A stretch of 64,000 nucleotides of DNA from Thermoplasmata archaeon (lineage in GTDB: Archaea; Thermoplasmatota; Thermoplasmata; UBA10834). Positions 9,017 to 18,804 of this stretch are shown here, in pieces. The stretch is taken from NCBI GenBank assembly GCA_041559015.1, contig JBFFED010000002.1, positions 1,027 through 65,026 on the forward strand. The letters run 5' to 3'. Each line of letters begins with the position of its first letter. Position 1 is the first letter of the stretch. The notes beneath the pieces are model-generated. The model was given only the letters and a program-made list of their open reading frames with translations. It ran no database searches and had not been told where the DNA came from. Position numbers and translations under genes: made by a program.

Positions 9017-11764
9017 ATGGCGAGACTAGCCCTCTCCTCGAATGAGCGCCTGCTGCTCCATCTCATGGAGATGGACAGGTTCAGGGACGACGCTGAGGTG
9101 CCCCTGGCCGCAAGCCAGGAGGGCATCGCGCAGAGGCTCCAGGTGCAGGTGCACAACGTGTCGAGGGCCCTTTCGTCTCTGGAGTCAGAAGGCTTAGTGT
9201 CGGACCGGCTCGCCCACATAAGGGGCGCTCCCAAGAGGCGCAGGGCGTACTTCCTTACGGAGAAAGGCAAGGCGACGGCCCAGTCCATCAAGTCAGATGT
9301 GTTGAAACGTCTCGTGGTGGTCGAATCAGAGGGCACGGCTAGGCAGATGCCGTTGGAGGAAACCCTCAGGATGATATCGGCGAAGGTCGGCGTCACCCCG
9401 TCGCTCTCAGACGCGGTCGAGATCGCAGGCAGGAACGAGATCATCACCATCGAGGCTTTCGCCGGTGCCTCGAGACAGGCCCCCAAGCGCGAATTGCCGA
9501 TGTTGCAGCAGGGTCGCCCAAGGGTCGAGGCGTTCTTCGGAAGGGATGCCGAGGTCGGCAGTATCACGGAGGCGCTCTCCGGGAACTCCGCGAGCGCCGT
9601 GCTCATATGGGGCCTGCCCGGGATAGGCAAGAGCACGTTGGGGTCAAGGGTGTTCGAGGATCTTGCGGGCAAGCGGCCGCTCATGTGGTTCACCTTCAGG
9701 GACTGGGACACTGAAGCATCCTTCCTTGCCGCCCTGACTGAGTTCCTCGTGTCTGCGGGTCGCACAAAGACCTCAGCTGCCTTCAAGCGGGGTGCGGGGA
9801 CGGGGGAATTCTTCTCACCCCTGGTCGCCGACCTCACAGGGCTCGGAGCGGTCATGTTCGTGGACGACGCTCACAAGTCGGAGGGCCGCTGCTCAGCGAT
9901 CATATCAATGTTCGTCGAGGCTGTTGACGCTTCTCGCTCCTCCAAGGCGGTCCTGATGTCTCGCTGGGTGCTGCCCTTCTTCTCGAAATCCGCAGAGGGG
10001 CATGTCTCGCGCGAGCTGACAGGACTCGACAGGGATTCCGCCTGGAAGATGGCTCAGAGCCTGAATGCCAGGGACGGCATCCGCGTCGTCAGCGAGAGCC
10101 ACGGTCACCCTCTTCTATTGCGCATGCTGGCGCGCGCGGGTGCGTCAGGTGCGGCTGGTGACGTCGTCTCCTTTGTCGAAAGGGAGGTCAACTCATCGCT
10201 CACGGGACAGGAGAGGAGGATACTGGAGCTGATATCCATCTTCAGGCACCCGGTCAGCCTCAACGCGGTCGCGGAAGTAGACACAGGTTCAGTGGCGGGC
10301 CTGAGGGAGAGAGCGTTGGTCGTCGACCAAGAAGACGGCCTGTCGACGCACGACCTCCTGAGGGACTTCTTCTCGTCGCATCTGGGCGCTGATGAGAAGA
10401 CCGCACTCCATCGCAGAGCCGCAAAGTACTGCGGCGGCCGCGCGGGGATCGAGTGGAAGCTGGAGGCGCTCTACCATCATGTGGAGGCCGGAGACTGGTC
10501 TTCTGCCCGGCAGACTGCGATGTCGGGTGCTGACGATTTGTCGAAGGACTTCCCCGAGGAGACTCTATCCCTGATATCGAGGATACCGAAGCCGGAGAGT
10601 TCAGCACAGGATTACGCCGAGATCCTTTTCGTCAAGGGGCAGCTACAGGGGTCGCTCGGGAGGCTCGAGTCGGCCATGTCCGACTACGAGGAATGCCTTT
10701 CGTTGATAGGAGACGGCGAGCCCGCCAGGAGGGCAATCGCGCTCGAGGCGCTCGCAAGGCTTCACTCGCAGATCGACAGGGTCGCCGAGTCTCTGGCAGT
10801 GCATCAGGACGCCCTGCGCCTGTACGAGAATTCGGACGACAAGCAGGGTCAGATACGGGAGTGGCTCAGCACGGGCAGCGTGTACAGGAGAAGGGGGGAC
10901 CACGCTAAGGCCCGGGAGGCTTACACGCAGGCGTTGACGATCGCCTCCAAGGAGGAGGACCGAGCTGCTCAGGCCGCATGTCTGAACAACCTCGGGCTCC
11001 TCGACTGGGATGAGGGCAGGCTGCGAGACGCGGAGGTTCGGCTGAAGGAGTCGGTCAGGCTAGCGCATGTCATTAGGGACCATCTTGGGGAGGCCAGAGG
11101 CCTTGAGAATCTCGCAAGGCTCTCGGAGGTCCAGAACCGGTTGAGTGAGGTCCCCAACATGCTCCTGGAGTCCTCCGAGGCCTTCCGGAGGGCGGGGGAG
11201 ATATCAGAGTTCAAGAGGCTGCAGGCCGCGTGCGCCGAAGCGCTCGGAGCACAGGGGAGGTTCGAGGCGGCGGCGGAGATATGTGTTAGGGGCCTGGAAC
11301 GGCCGGAGTTTCGCAGGAGGAAGGGTCTGTTCCAGAGGTCTCCCGTGTTCGACTTCGGCGACCTAGCGCTGTCCTCAGCGCTCATCGACGTCCTTCGCGA
11401 GTCAGGGGACCGAAGGCGCGCCCAGAAGGAACTCTCAAGATACCATTCGATGGCGTCTGCCATCGGGGACGTGAGCCAGGTCGCCAAGGGGAAGCTGCTG
11501 GCCTCCATGGTCAACGAGGATTCGGGAGAACTCGAAGCGGCCGTGAGGAGCCTCGAGGAGGCCAAGACGCTCCTCAGAGCCGCTGGCAACCATGACGGCC
11601 TGATAGCCGTGCACATGCGCCTCGGGATGATCGAAGAGAAGATGGGGGACTACGAAGCGGCCGGGTTGAACTACAAGGAGGCCGCCAGGCACGCGGAGGT
11701 GGTCGGGGACAAGCACGCTCAGTCCCTGGCCCTGGAGAACCTCGCCTCGGCAAAGAAGGAATGA
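9017..11764 (+). CDS. wHTH + STAND P-loop NTPase + TPR protein
   Basis: N-terminal HTH; GLPGIGKST Walker A; MFVDDAH Walker B; GHPL motif; TPR-like repeats (ACLNNLGLL). Confidence 0.85.
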   Translation: MARLALSSNERLLLHLMEMDRFRDDAEVPLAASQEGIAQRLQVQVHNVSRALSSLESEGLVSDRLAHIRGAPKRRRAYFLTEKGKATAQSIKSDVLKRLVVVESEGTARQMPLEETLRMISAKVGVTPSLSDAVEIAGRNEIITIEAFAGASRQAPKRELPMLQQGRPRVEAFFGRDAEVGSITEALSGNSASAVLIWGLPGIGKSTLGSRVFEDLAGKRPLMWFTFRDWDTEASFLAALTEFLVSAGRTKTSAAFKRGAGTGEFFSPLVADLTGLGAVMFVDDAHKSEGRCSAIISMFVEAVDASRSSKAVLMSRWVLPFFSKSAEGHVSRELTGLDRDSAWKMAQSLNARDGIRVVSESHGHPLLLRMLARAGASGAAGDVVSFVEREVNSSLTGQERRILELISIFRHPVSLNAVAEVDTGSVAGLRERALVVDQEDGLSTHDLLRDFFSSHLGADEKTALHRRAAKYCGGRAGIEWKLEALYHHVEAGDWSSARQTAMSGADDLSKDFPEETLSLISRIPKPESSAQDYAEILFVKGQLQGSLGRLESAMSDYEECLSLIGDGEPARRAIALEALARLHSQIDRVAESLAVHQDALRLYENSDDKQGQIREWLSTGSVYRRRGDHAKAREAYTQALTIASKEEDRAAQAACLNNLGLLDWDEGRLRDAEVRLKESVRLAHVIRDHLGEARGLENLARLSEVQNRLSEVPNMLLESSEAFRRAGEISEFKRLQAACAEALGAQGRFEAAAEICVRGLERPEFRRRKGLFQRSPVFDFGDLALSSALIDVLRESGDRRRAQKELSRYHSMASAIGDVSQVAKGKLLASMVNEDSGELEAAVRSLEEAKTLLRAAGNHDGLIAVHMRLGMIEEKMGDYEAAGLNYKEAARHAEVVGDKHAQSLALENLASAKKE

Positions 11765-11821
11765 AAGTCCCCGGCGCGTCCTATGGAATACCAGGCCGTA
11801 GACTCAGGAGGGCCCTCGACC

Positions 11822-14800
11822 TCAACGCACATTTCTCACAAGAAACTCGGCTATCCCGTACCCTGTCCGGCCGTCGAACTCATATTTGGAGAGAGTCTCG
11901 TACATGATCGCCGAGCCGTAGCCCTCATGCCCCGTGAATGGCAGCTTGACCGTCTTGATGACCTTCGCCGTCATCACATGGGAGCCTCCGAGCTTGTCGT
12001 GGAGGACCATGCTGAGGCCAGTGGGGGCGCCCTCAGAGTCGTGGTCGGTCTCCACCTCCGCCTTCACGATGGGCAGGTTTCTCCCGTCCAGGCGCACGAA
12101 CCCTGCGTCGACGACTCCGTCATCCGCGAACAGCTTGGTCACGTTCATCGCCACATCCTCTGAGAACTGGGCCGCAAGCCATATCCACATCGTCGGCGCT
12201 ATCCAGTTCCTGACCCCCCACGAGTGGTCCCTCTCCCCAAGGGCTTCTATCTTGTACTCCCTGCCTCCCACCACCAACCTACCAGTCAGCTTCCCGCACT
12301 GCTCGGTGTGCTCCGAGGCGGTCATCTTGGATAGCCTGATGTCCTCCTCGCTTACGCAGTCTCTGTAGTTGAAGATCGTGTGGAGAGACTCGAATTCCAG
12401 GCTCATCGAAACGTGGGTCTTCGGTTGCCTCTCTGCAGCCAGCCCGGCCAGATCCCCATCGTACTCTATTCTCCACTTCCTCTCGGGGACCAGCTTCTCG
12501 TAGCGAAGGCCGTTCGTCCTCAGGTCGGAGTCCTTGAAGGACTCCGCGGCCATGGTGCCGATGTCGGAGCCATCCGGCATCATGAGGAAGAAGAACATGC
12601 TCTTCTCGTCCCTGTTCGGCTTGAGCCCTATCCTCATGAAGCCGCAGATGTCCTTCTTCCTGTCGTAGAAATTGAAGTAGAAGCTTTCGTTCCAGTCAAG
12701 GTGCTCCCCGAACTCGTGAACGACATCAGTGTCCTCATCGGCCGCGCCGTCGTGCACCAGCAGGATGCCCTCGCCCCCGTCTATGGTGACCCTCTGCCCA
12801 GTGCTCAGGATGGTCGTGGCATTCCGGACTGCGGTCACTGCGGGTATCCCGTACTCCCTCGACACGACCGCACCGTGACACAGTATCCCGCCTGTCTCGG
12901 TCACGAGCCCCCCTATCTTCGCGAAGACGGCGGTCCAGCCAGGATCGGTATTCGAGGTCACGAGTATGTCGCCCTCCCTCACCTCCGAGACGTGGTCGAT
13001 GGAGTGCACGACCCTGACAGGCCCCGTCACGAGACCTGGGCTCGAGGAGGTCCCGGATATCCTCGTGACCGACTCTTCATGGACGAGCGTGTCGTCGAAC
13101 TCCAGCCCGCCTTTGAGGAACTTCGGAGGAAGGGAATTCGTGTATCTGTCGAACTCTCTCCTCCTCCGCTCTATGGCATTCTGGTCCGCCTTCCCCACCC
13201 CAGAGGCGATTCCGAAGACCTCCTCCTTCGAGAGGAAGAATATGTCCTCCTGCCGCCGGATGATCCCATCGGCCGCGAACCTCCTTCCGTATTCGAGGAA
13301 CAGCCTTCGCCAGCGTAATATCTGGTGGTCGAGGTAGAACCTCTGGTTCTCCCTGAACATCAGATATGTCTGCGCGAACCGCATGATGGTCTTGAACACG
13401 CGCTTCTTCAGGAACCCATACCTGAGCCTCGAGATCCTAGCCAGAACCTCCTTCTCGGCCAGGAGCCGCTCATCGTGCCTCTTCCTCTCCATCTCCTCGA
13501 GGTTCAGGCGAGTGGAGGACACGAGGGCCTTGAGGGCGTCAACGATGAGGCGAGGATCCTCGGACCATCTCGGGAAATACATCTCCCGAGTGTGGGACCT
13601 GTGCCCGTACTCGACCATGAACGAATCGAACGCCTTCGCGAAGCTGGCTAGGTCCGTCCGAGTCCTGATGTCCATCAGGAACGCCTCCGATGTCTTGGAC
13701 GCAAGCGCCTCCCTGACCGCGGGGCTTATCCTCGCCATCTTCGCCAGCCGCTCTATCGCGATGTTCGTCTTGATGGTCTTATTGTCCCCGAGGCCGGAGA
13801 CGAGTCTGGAATACAGGGTGCCGGTCCTGTCCCCGAGCCAGTCACTCAGCCATCTCTTGGTCATGAGGTTCATGCCGATGCTGTGGGTGACCATTCCGTA
13901 TCTGATCAGGCGGTAGTGCTTGAGTTGCGCTCGCTCGATGTGACGGAACTCAGCGCTCAGCTCAGGCCCGCTCAGCCCGGTGAGGTCCTTCGCGTCGAAG
14001 TCCTTCATCTCCTCCATGAATCGCTCGGCCCATTCTTTGTACGCCTTATCCGTCCTGATGATCATTCCGTCGGGATCGAGCAGGGCGACCCTCAACTCCG
14101 AGAACAACCTGGGGATCAGCTTCGCGGGCTCCTCGGCTATCCTAGCTTGGTCCCTCTCAGGGAAGTAGTTGAGTAGCTCCTTGGTCCTGGAGAACCTGGG
14201 GTTGTAGGAGAATACTTCCTCCAGGACCGCGCTGTTGAAGTAGACGTGCCCCTTGTGCACTCTCAGGAGCTCCCTGCCGGCGATTCCCTTGTAACCCAGG
14301 ATCCTCGAACCCTCATGGTTCACGTACTTGGTGAGGTACTCGCCAAGGAGCGAGAAGAACAGTGGGGAAGTCACGTCCGCCCAGTACTCATCCCCGTAGC
14401 CTCTCGTCCACAGGGTCTCGTCCTTGGCAACCATCTTGGTGACCGGCCTTGCCTGGAGGACCAGTATGCCCTCCCCATCGAGCGCCCACTCGACGTCTTG
14501 AGGTCGCCCGAAGAGCGCTTCCACCTTCAGGCCTATCTTCGCGAGCGCTCTTATCTCGTCATCGGTGAGGGACGGCTGGACCTGCCTGTCGCCCTCCACG
14601 CTCACATCCGCCTTCCCGTGCTCGGACATGACCACGGCTAAGGTCTTCTTCGCGATGCTCCTCTGGGTCACCGCGAGAGTCCTCTTATCGCACTCGAACC
14701 TGTCAGGGCTTGCCTTGCCGGACGCGATGGACTCGCCGAGCCCCCAGCCCGACTCGATTATCATGACGCCCTTCCTGTTCCTGACCGGGTCGGTCGTGAA

Positions 14801-15373
14801 GAGCACCCCGGAACACTTTGCGTCGACCATCCGCTGTATCACCACGGCTATGCCGTGTGCAAGGTGGTCTATGCCAACTTCGTGCCTGTATGATATCGCG
14901 CGCGCGTTCCAGTAAGAGGCCCAGCACCTTCGCACGCAGTCCGCCACGTCCTCAGGGCGAACGCATAGGAATGAGTCCTGCTGTCCCGCGAAGGATGCCT
15001 CGGGGAGGTCCTCCGCAGTAGCGGATGATCGGACCGCCCAGAGCGAATCGGCCCCTGCAGTGAGGACGCTGGAGGCGACGGTCTCCCCAAGCTCAGGGTC
15101 GAGGGGCGTGGAGATGATCCCGTCCTTGATCCTCTCTGAGCATCTTGCGATCGCCGCTTCGTCTTTATAATCGAGCCCCCTCAGACAATCGGAGATCAGA
15201 GCGCTCAGGGCCTCCTGATTCAAGGCAGACCAATACGCATCCACTGTCACCACGACGCCTTCGGGGACCGGGAATCCCGCCAAGAAGAGCTTGGCTAGGT
15301 TGGCTGCCTTGCCCCCCGTCCTTGATGTGGTGCTGCAATCGGGGTCAGAAAGATGCAGGACTATCTCGCCCAT
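11822..15373 (-). CDS. PEP-utilising ATP-grasp/His-swivel phosphotransferase (RPH-like architecture) with extra C-terminal domain
   Basis: GGKAANL, AVRSSATAEDLPEASFAGQQDSFL, TETGGILCHGAVVSREYGIPAV; ~270 aa C-terminal domain starting near WNESFYFNFYD. Confidence 0.8.
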   Translation of the reverse strand: MGEIVLHLSDPDCSTTSRTGGKAANLAKLFLAGFPVPEGVVVTVDAYWSALNQEALSALISDCLRGLDYKDEAAIARCSERIKDGIISTPLDPELGETVASSVLTAGADSLWAVRSSATAEDLPEASFAGQQDSFLCVRPEDVADCVRRCWASYWNARAISYRHEVGIDHLAHGIAVVIQRMVDAKCSGVLFTTDPVRNRKGVMIIESGWGLGESIASGKASPDRFECDKRTLAVTQRSIAKKTLAVVMSEHGKADVSVEGDRQVQPSLTDDEIRALAKIGLKVEALFGRPQDVEWALDGEGILVLQARPVTKMVAKDETLWTRGYGDEYWADVTSPLFFSLLGEYLTKYVNHEGSRILGYKGIAGRELLRVHKGHVYFNSAVLEEVFSYNPRFSRTKELLNYFPERDQARIAEEPAKLIPRLFSELRVALLDPDGMIIRTDKAYKEWAERFMEEMKDFDAKDLTGLSGPELSAEFRHIERAQLKHYRLIRYGMVTHSIGMNLMTKRWLSDWLGDRTGTLYSRLVSGLGDNKTIKTNIAIERLAKMARISPAVREALASKTSEAFLMDIRTRTDLASFAKAFDSFMVEYGHRSHTREMYFPRWSEDPRLIVDALKALVSSTRLNLEEMERKRHDERLLAEKEVLARISRLRYGFLKKRVFKTIMRFAQTYLMFRENQRFYLDHQILRWRRLFLEYGRRFAADGIIRRQEDIFFLSKEEVFGIASGVGKADQNAIERRRREFDRYTNSLPPKFLKGGLEFDDTLVHEESVTRISGTSSSPGLVTGPVRVVHSIDHVSEVREGDILVTSNTDPGWTAVFAKIGGLVTETGGILCHGAVVSREYGIPAVTAVRNATTILSTGQRVTIDGGEGILLVHDGAADEDTDVVHEFGEHLDWNESFYFNFYDRKKDICGFMRIGLKPNRDEKSMFFFLMMPDGSDIGTMAAESFKDSDLRTNGLRYEKLVPERKWRIEYDGDLAGLAAERQPKTHVSMSLEFESLHTIFNYRDCVSEEDIRLSKMTASEHTEQCGKLTGRLVVGGREYKIEALGERDHSWGVRNWIAPTMWIWLAAQFSEDVAMNVTKLFADDGVVDAGFVRLDGRNLPIVKAEVETDHDSEGAPTGLSMVLHDKLGGSHVMTAKVIKTVKLPFTGHEGYGSAIMYETLSKYEFDGRTGYGIAEFLVRNVR

Positions 15374-15581
15374 CTTATCACACGCGATTCACTCCGACAG
15401 TGAGCCTGTCATTGCCGTGTTCACGAGATAGACTTGCCTGGCGATTAAAGCTGTCTCCTTGCTGCTCGGATGACGGAGGCGTATCCACCTGGCCGGTATA
15501 AGGGATCTTTCTCGGTGCCGATCTCTCCTGACCTGTCGGGCAAGAGTATTTCAGTGCGACTACGTATTTCAACCGCCGAAG

Positions 15582-16844
15582 GTGGACTCCGTGTTGGAGG
15601 CTATCACAGGCAACTTCTGGTTCCAGGTGGCGATCCTGCTCGGGGTCGCCACTGCCTCCAACTTCCTGTTCGTCAGGCTGAAGGTTCCCAAGATAGTCGG
15701 TCTGATAGTCGTTGGGGTCGCCCTTGGCCCGAGCGTGTCAGGGTTCATCAACATCGATCAGTCGGGAGGCGACGACCTCCTGTCACTCCTCGCGGGTTTC
15801 GGGGCGATCATCATGCTGTTCATGATCGGCCTCGAGTTCAACATCAGGGACATATACACAGGCAAGAATATGATGATAGCACTCGGGGGGATTGTCCTCC
15901 CGTGGCTGGGCGGGTTTCTGCTCGCTGAGATCTTGCTGCCTGATTCCGGCCTCGGCGCCACCAGGCTCGCGCAGTCCGTGTTCGTCGGGACGGCTCTGGT
16001 CGCGACGAGCGTCGCGATAACTGCAGGTGTTCTCCGCGAGATGGGCCTTCTCTCCTCGTCTATCGCCAAGACGGTGCTCGGGGTCGCTGTCGTGGATGAT
16101 GTCCTCGGGATGATAGTCCTCGCGATATCCGCAGGAATCGCCAGCGAGGGCGGCCTGGACGTCGAGAACCTGTTCTGGATATCTGTCGCAGCCGTCCTGT
16201 TCGTGACCGTCGGGGCCTATGTCGGAATCAAGTTCTTCACGAAGTTCATCGGAGCGGTCGAGCGTCGGGGCATCTCGTACGGGCTTGTGGAGAGCGGGTT
16301 CATGCTGGCGCTGGCTTTCGCGTTCCTGTACGCGTTTGTGTCGGAGTACATCGGCATATCCAAGATCGTAGGAGCCTTCATTGCCGGCACGAGCTTCTCA
16401 GGGTGCGAATACCGGAAGCAGTTCAAGCAGGGGATAACCTTCCTGGAGTGGGCGTTCGCCCCGATATTCTTCATATCCCTCGGGGTGCTTGTGGACATCA
16501 GGCTGCCGCTCGAGATATGGTTCTTCGCGCTCGCTCTGGCGGCGGTCGCAATCCTCTCGAAGGTGATCGGGGGAGGCATCCCGGCGCGTCTCCTGGGAAT
16601 GACCTCTCGAGAGTCAATGGCCGTGGGCCTCGGGATGTCTCCCAGGCTCGAGGTAGCGATGATCATCGCCCTCTTCGGCCTGACCGAGGGGATTATCGAC
16701 TCTCGCATATACTCGGTGATCATAATCATGGGCCTGATCACCGTCATCGTGGCGCCGTATCTCCTCCGGAGAACCGCCGCGAAGATACCGAGGGGTCCGC
16801 CGGGGTCACCTGAGGATGCGGTGTGCGAACTCAATCCAGGCTGA
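15582..16844 (+). CDS. Cation:proton antiporter (CPA2, NapA/KefB-like)
   Basis: Many TM segments; ATSVAIT, VVDDVLG, GMSPRLE motifs. Confidence 0.9.
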   Translation: MDSVLEAITGNFWFQVAILLGVATASNFLFVRLKVPKIVGLIVVGVALGPSVSGFINIDQSGGDDLLSLLAGFGAIIMLFMIGLEFNIRDIYTGKNMMIALGGIVLPWLGGFLLAEILLPDSGLGATRLAQSVFVGTALVATSVAITAGVLREMGLLSSSIAKTVLGVAVVDDVLGMIVLAISAGIASEGGLDVENLFWISVAAVLFVTVGAYVGIKFFTKFIGAVERRGISYGLVESGFMLALAFAFLYAFVSEYIGISKIVGAFIAGTSFSGCEYRKQFKQGITFLEWAFAPIFFISLGVLVDIRLPLEIWFFALALAAVAILSKVIGGGIPARLLGMTSRESMAVGLGMSPRLEVAMIIALFGLTEGIIDSRIYSVIIIMGLITVIVAPYLLRRTAAKIPRGPPGSPEDAVCELNPG

Positions 16845-16873
16845 CCTCGGGCCCGGGCCAGCGCTCGCATCCA

Positions 16874-18790
16874 TCAACCGCTTGGCTGGCGCTCGTCTTG
16901 TGGTGCGCCGACGAACCTGTACGCTCCCTTGGGCACTCGTATCTCGAACCTGGCCCCTTTTCCAGGGACCCCGTTCTCACAGATCGAGATGTTCGTAATC
17001 CTGAGTATCTCCGAGGATAGGAACAGGCCCCGGGATCGTCTTCCGGTCGTGCTGTCCCTGCTGAACAGGGCCTTCTTTCGTTCTTCGCTTACGCCGACGC
17101 CGTTGTCCTCCATCACGATCATCAGCCCCTCGGAATCCTCAGAGTAGCTGGCTGAGATTTGGGTGCAGGACTGCCCGTGCCTCAGAGAGTTGCTCATCAG
17201 GTTGTGGAACACCTTCGGAAGCATCGGGTCCGCAAAGACCTCGACCCCCTCGAGGTCGACCCTCAGGTCCTTTCCAGAGAGGTCGAGCCCGGCCTTCGCG
17301 GTTTCGAAAGCCCTTCCTATGTCAACCCATTCGGGCTTGTTGACGCCCACATCCTCGTATTCGCTCATGAACCTGAAGAACGCTGTGAGGTTGTCCGTCA
17401 ACACCTCGGCCTTCTGGAGGTAGTTGTTCACTGCGGGGTCATTCGACACTTCCTTCGCCATGTACAGGAGTCCCTTCTGCACGGTCATGAGGTTCATGGC
17501 GTCGTGCCTGGTTATCGAGGCCAGCACCGCCAGCTTCTTGTTGACCTTCTCGAGATCCTCGGTCCGTTCCTTGACTCTCTTGTCAAGGTCCGCGTACAGC
17601 GATTCCAGGTCGGCGGTCATCTCATTGAACGAATTCGCAAGGCGTCCGAATTCATCGGAGCGGGTCACGGTGATTCTCTTGTCGAGTCCGCCCTTGGCCA
17701 TACTCCGGGTCGCTGTCTCCAGTTCAACGAGGGGGGCCGTAACCAGGCGCGAGACGTAGACTGCTAGGGTGGTGGCGAATATTATCGTGAGCAATGCCAC
17801 GGCGAGCAGGCGCAACTGGAGATCGGTTGCGGGACCAAGGACCTCAGCCTCTGCATGACTCAGGATCACAATCCATCCGTGGCCATCGTATTCCAGGTAA
17901 CCAGTCGTGGTCGCATACGAGAAGAGCCTGTCCCCACCTCCTTCTACCTCGGAGAAGTGCCCTCTATCCGCTGAGATCTGTTCGAAGAATGGAAGTGTCG
18001 ACACATTCTCGAATACGGTATACGCTCTGGACGAGAATATCAGCCTGCCATCAGGCGCCACTATCTTGAGTTCGCTCGTCTCGTAACCGAGCGCGGTCAG
18101 CTCGATGTCTTTCGCAAGCGTCAGGATGTTGACAACGGCCTTGGCGGCGCCTATCGTCTGACCGGTACTGTTGCGCACGGGCATGCACGCGCAAACGCCA
18201 TAGATACCTGAGCTCTCGTCATAGCATATGTTGCTGATCGTGAATTCGCCTGTCTGGGAAGAAATCCACCAATCCTCATCGCTCTGCTTGAAATCTGTCG
18301 TGCGGCCCGTAGCTGCGACTAAGGCCCCGTACTTGTTCGTGACTATGACCTCTCCGAAGACCTCCATCCCGTGTCCTGAGACGTAGTGCTCGATGAGCTC
18401 AGTCCTGAGGTGTTCAGAAATGTTGTTTCCCAGGATATCTTCCATGCATTCAGGGGTCACGTCCAACGGCGCCGATATCCATTCCTCATCGATCTGGTCT
18501 ATGTACGCCAGCGGGTCCTCCATGGCGTCGTACGCAACGTTCGAATCGTTCACCGCGGCGACGATTCGGTAGTCGCTCAAGATCGTGAGCGCTTCGTGCC
18601 CTCTCATGTAGATCATCCTGTCCATCAAGTTGGCCAGGCTTTCCGCGATCGCCTCTGAGGCGCGGCCGACGCCCTCTGCGAGCGCATCCCTGCTCTCGAA
18701 GGAAGAGTAGAGGGCGAACGACGCTATCATTAGGATCAGGGCGATGGAGCCCGCCATGAGCTTAATGCCCACTCTTGACAGGATGCGCAC
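16874..18790 (-). CDS. Membrane sensor histidine kinase (extracellular Cache-like domain, HAMP)
   Basis: Two TM helices; HAMP DEFGRLANSFNEM; H-box ITRHD; N-box FHNLMSNSLRHG; EDNGVG. Confidence 0.9.
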   Translation of the reverse strand: MRILSRVGIKLMAGSIALILMIASFALYSSFESRDALAEGVGRASEAIAESLANLMDRMIYMRGHEALTILSDYRIVAAVNDSNVAYDAMEDPLAYIDQIDEEWISAPLDVTPECMEDILGNNISEHLRTELIEHYVSGHGMEVFGEVIVTNKYGALVAATGRTTDFKQSDEDWWISSQTGEFTISNICYDESSGIYGVCACMPVRNSTGQTIGAAKAVVNILTLAKDIELTALGYETSELKIVAPDGRLIFSSRAYTVFENVSTLPFFEQISADRGHFSEVEGGGDRLFSYATTTGYLEYDGHGWIVILSHAEAEVLGPATDLQLRLLAVALLTIIFATTLAVYVSRLVTAPLVELETATRSMAKGGLDKRITVTRSDEFGRLANSFNEMTADLESLYADLDKRVKERTEDLEKVNKKLAVLASITRHDAMNLMTVQKGLLYMAKEVSNDPAVNNYLQKAEVLTDNLTAFFRFMSEYEDVGVNKPEWVDIGRAFETAKAGLDLSGKDLRVDLEGVEVFADPMLPKVFHNLMSNSLRHGQSCTQISASYSEDSEGLMIVMEDNGVGVSEERKKALFSRDSTTGRRSRGLFLSSEILRITNISICENGVPGKGARFEIRVPKGAYRFVGAPQDERQPSG

Positions 18791-18804
18791 CTGGCGCGAT
18801 TCCT

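Noticed and set aside
11822-15373. Annotation as PEP synthase or as a rifampicin-resistance gene
   Set aside because: Domain order is not that of PpsA, and archaeal RNA polymerase is not a rifampicin target; substrate unknown.
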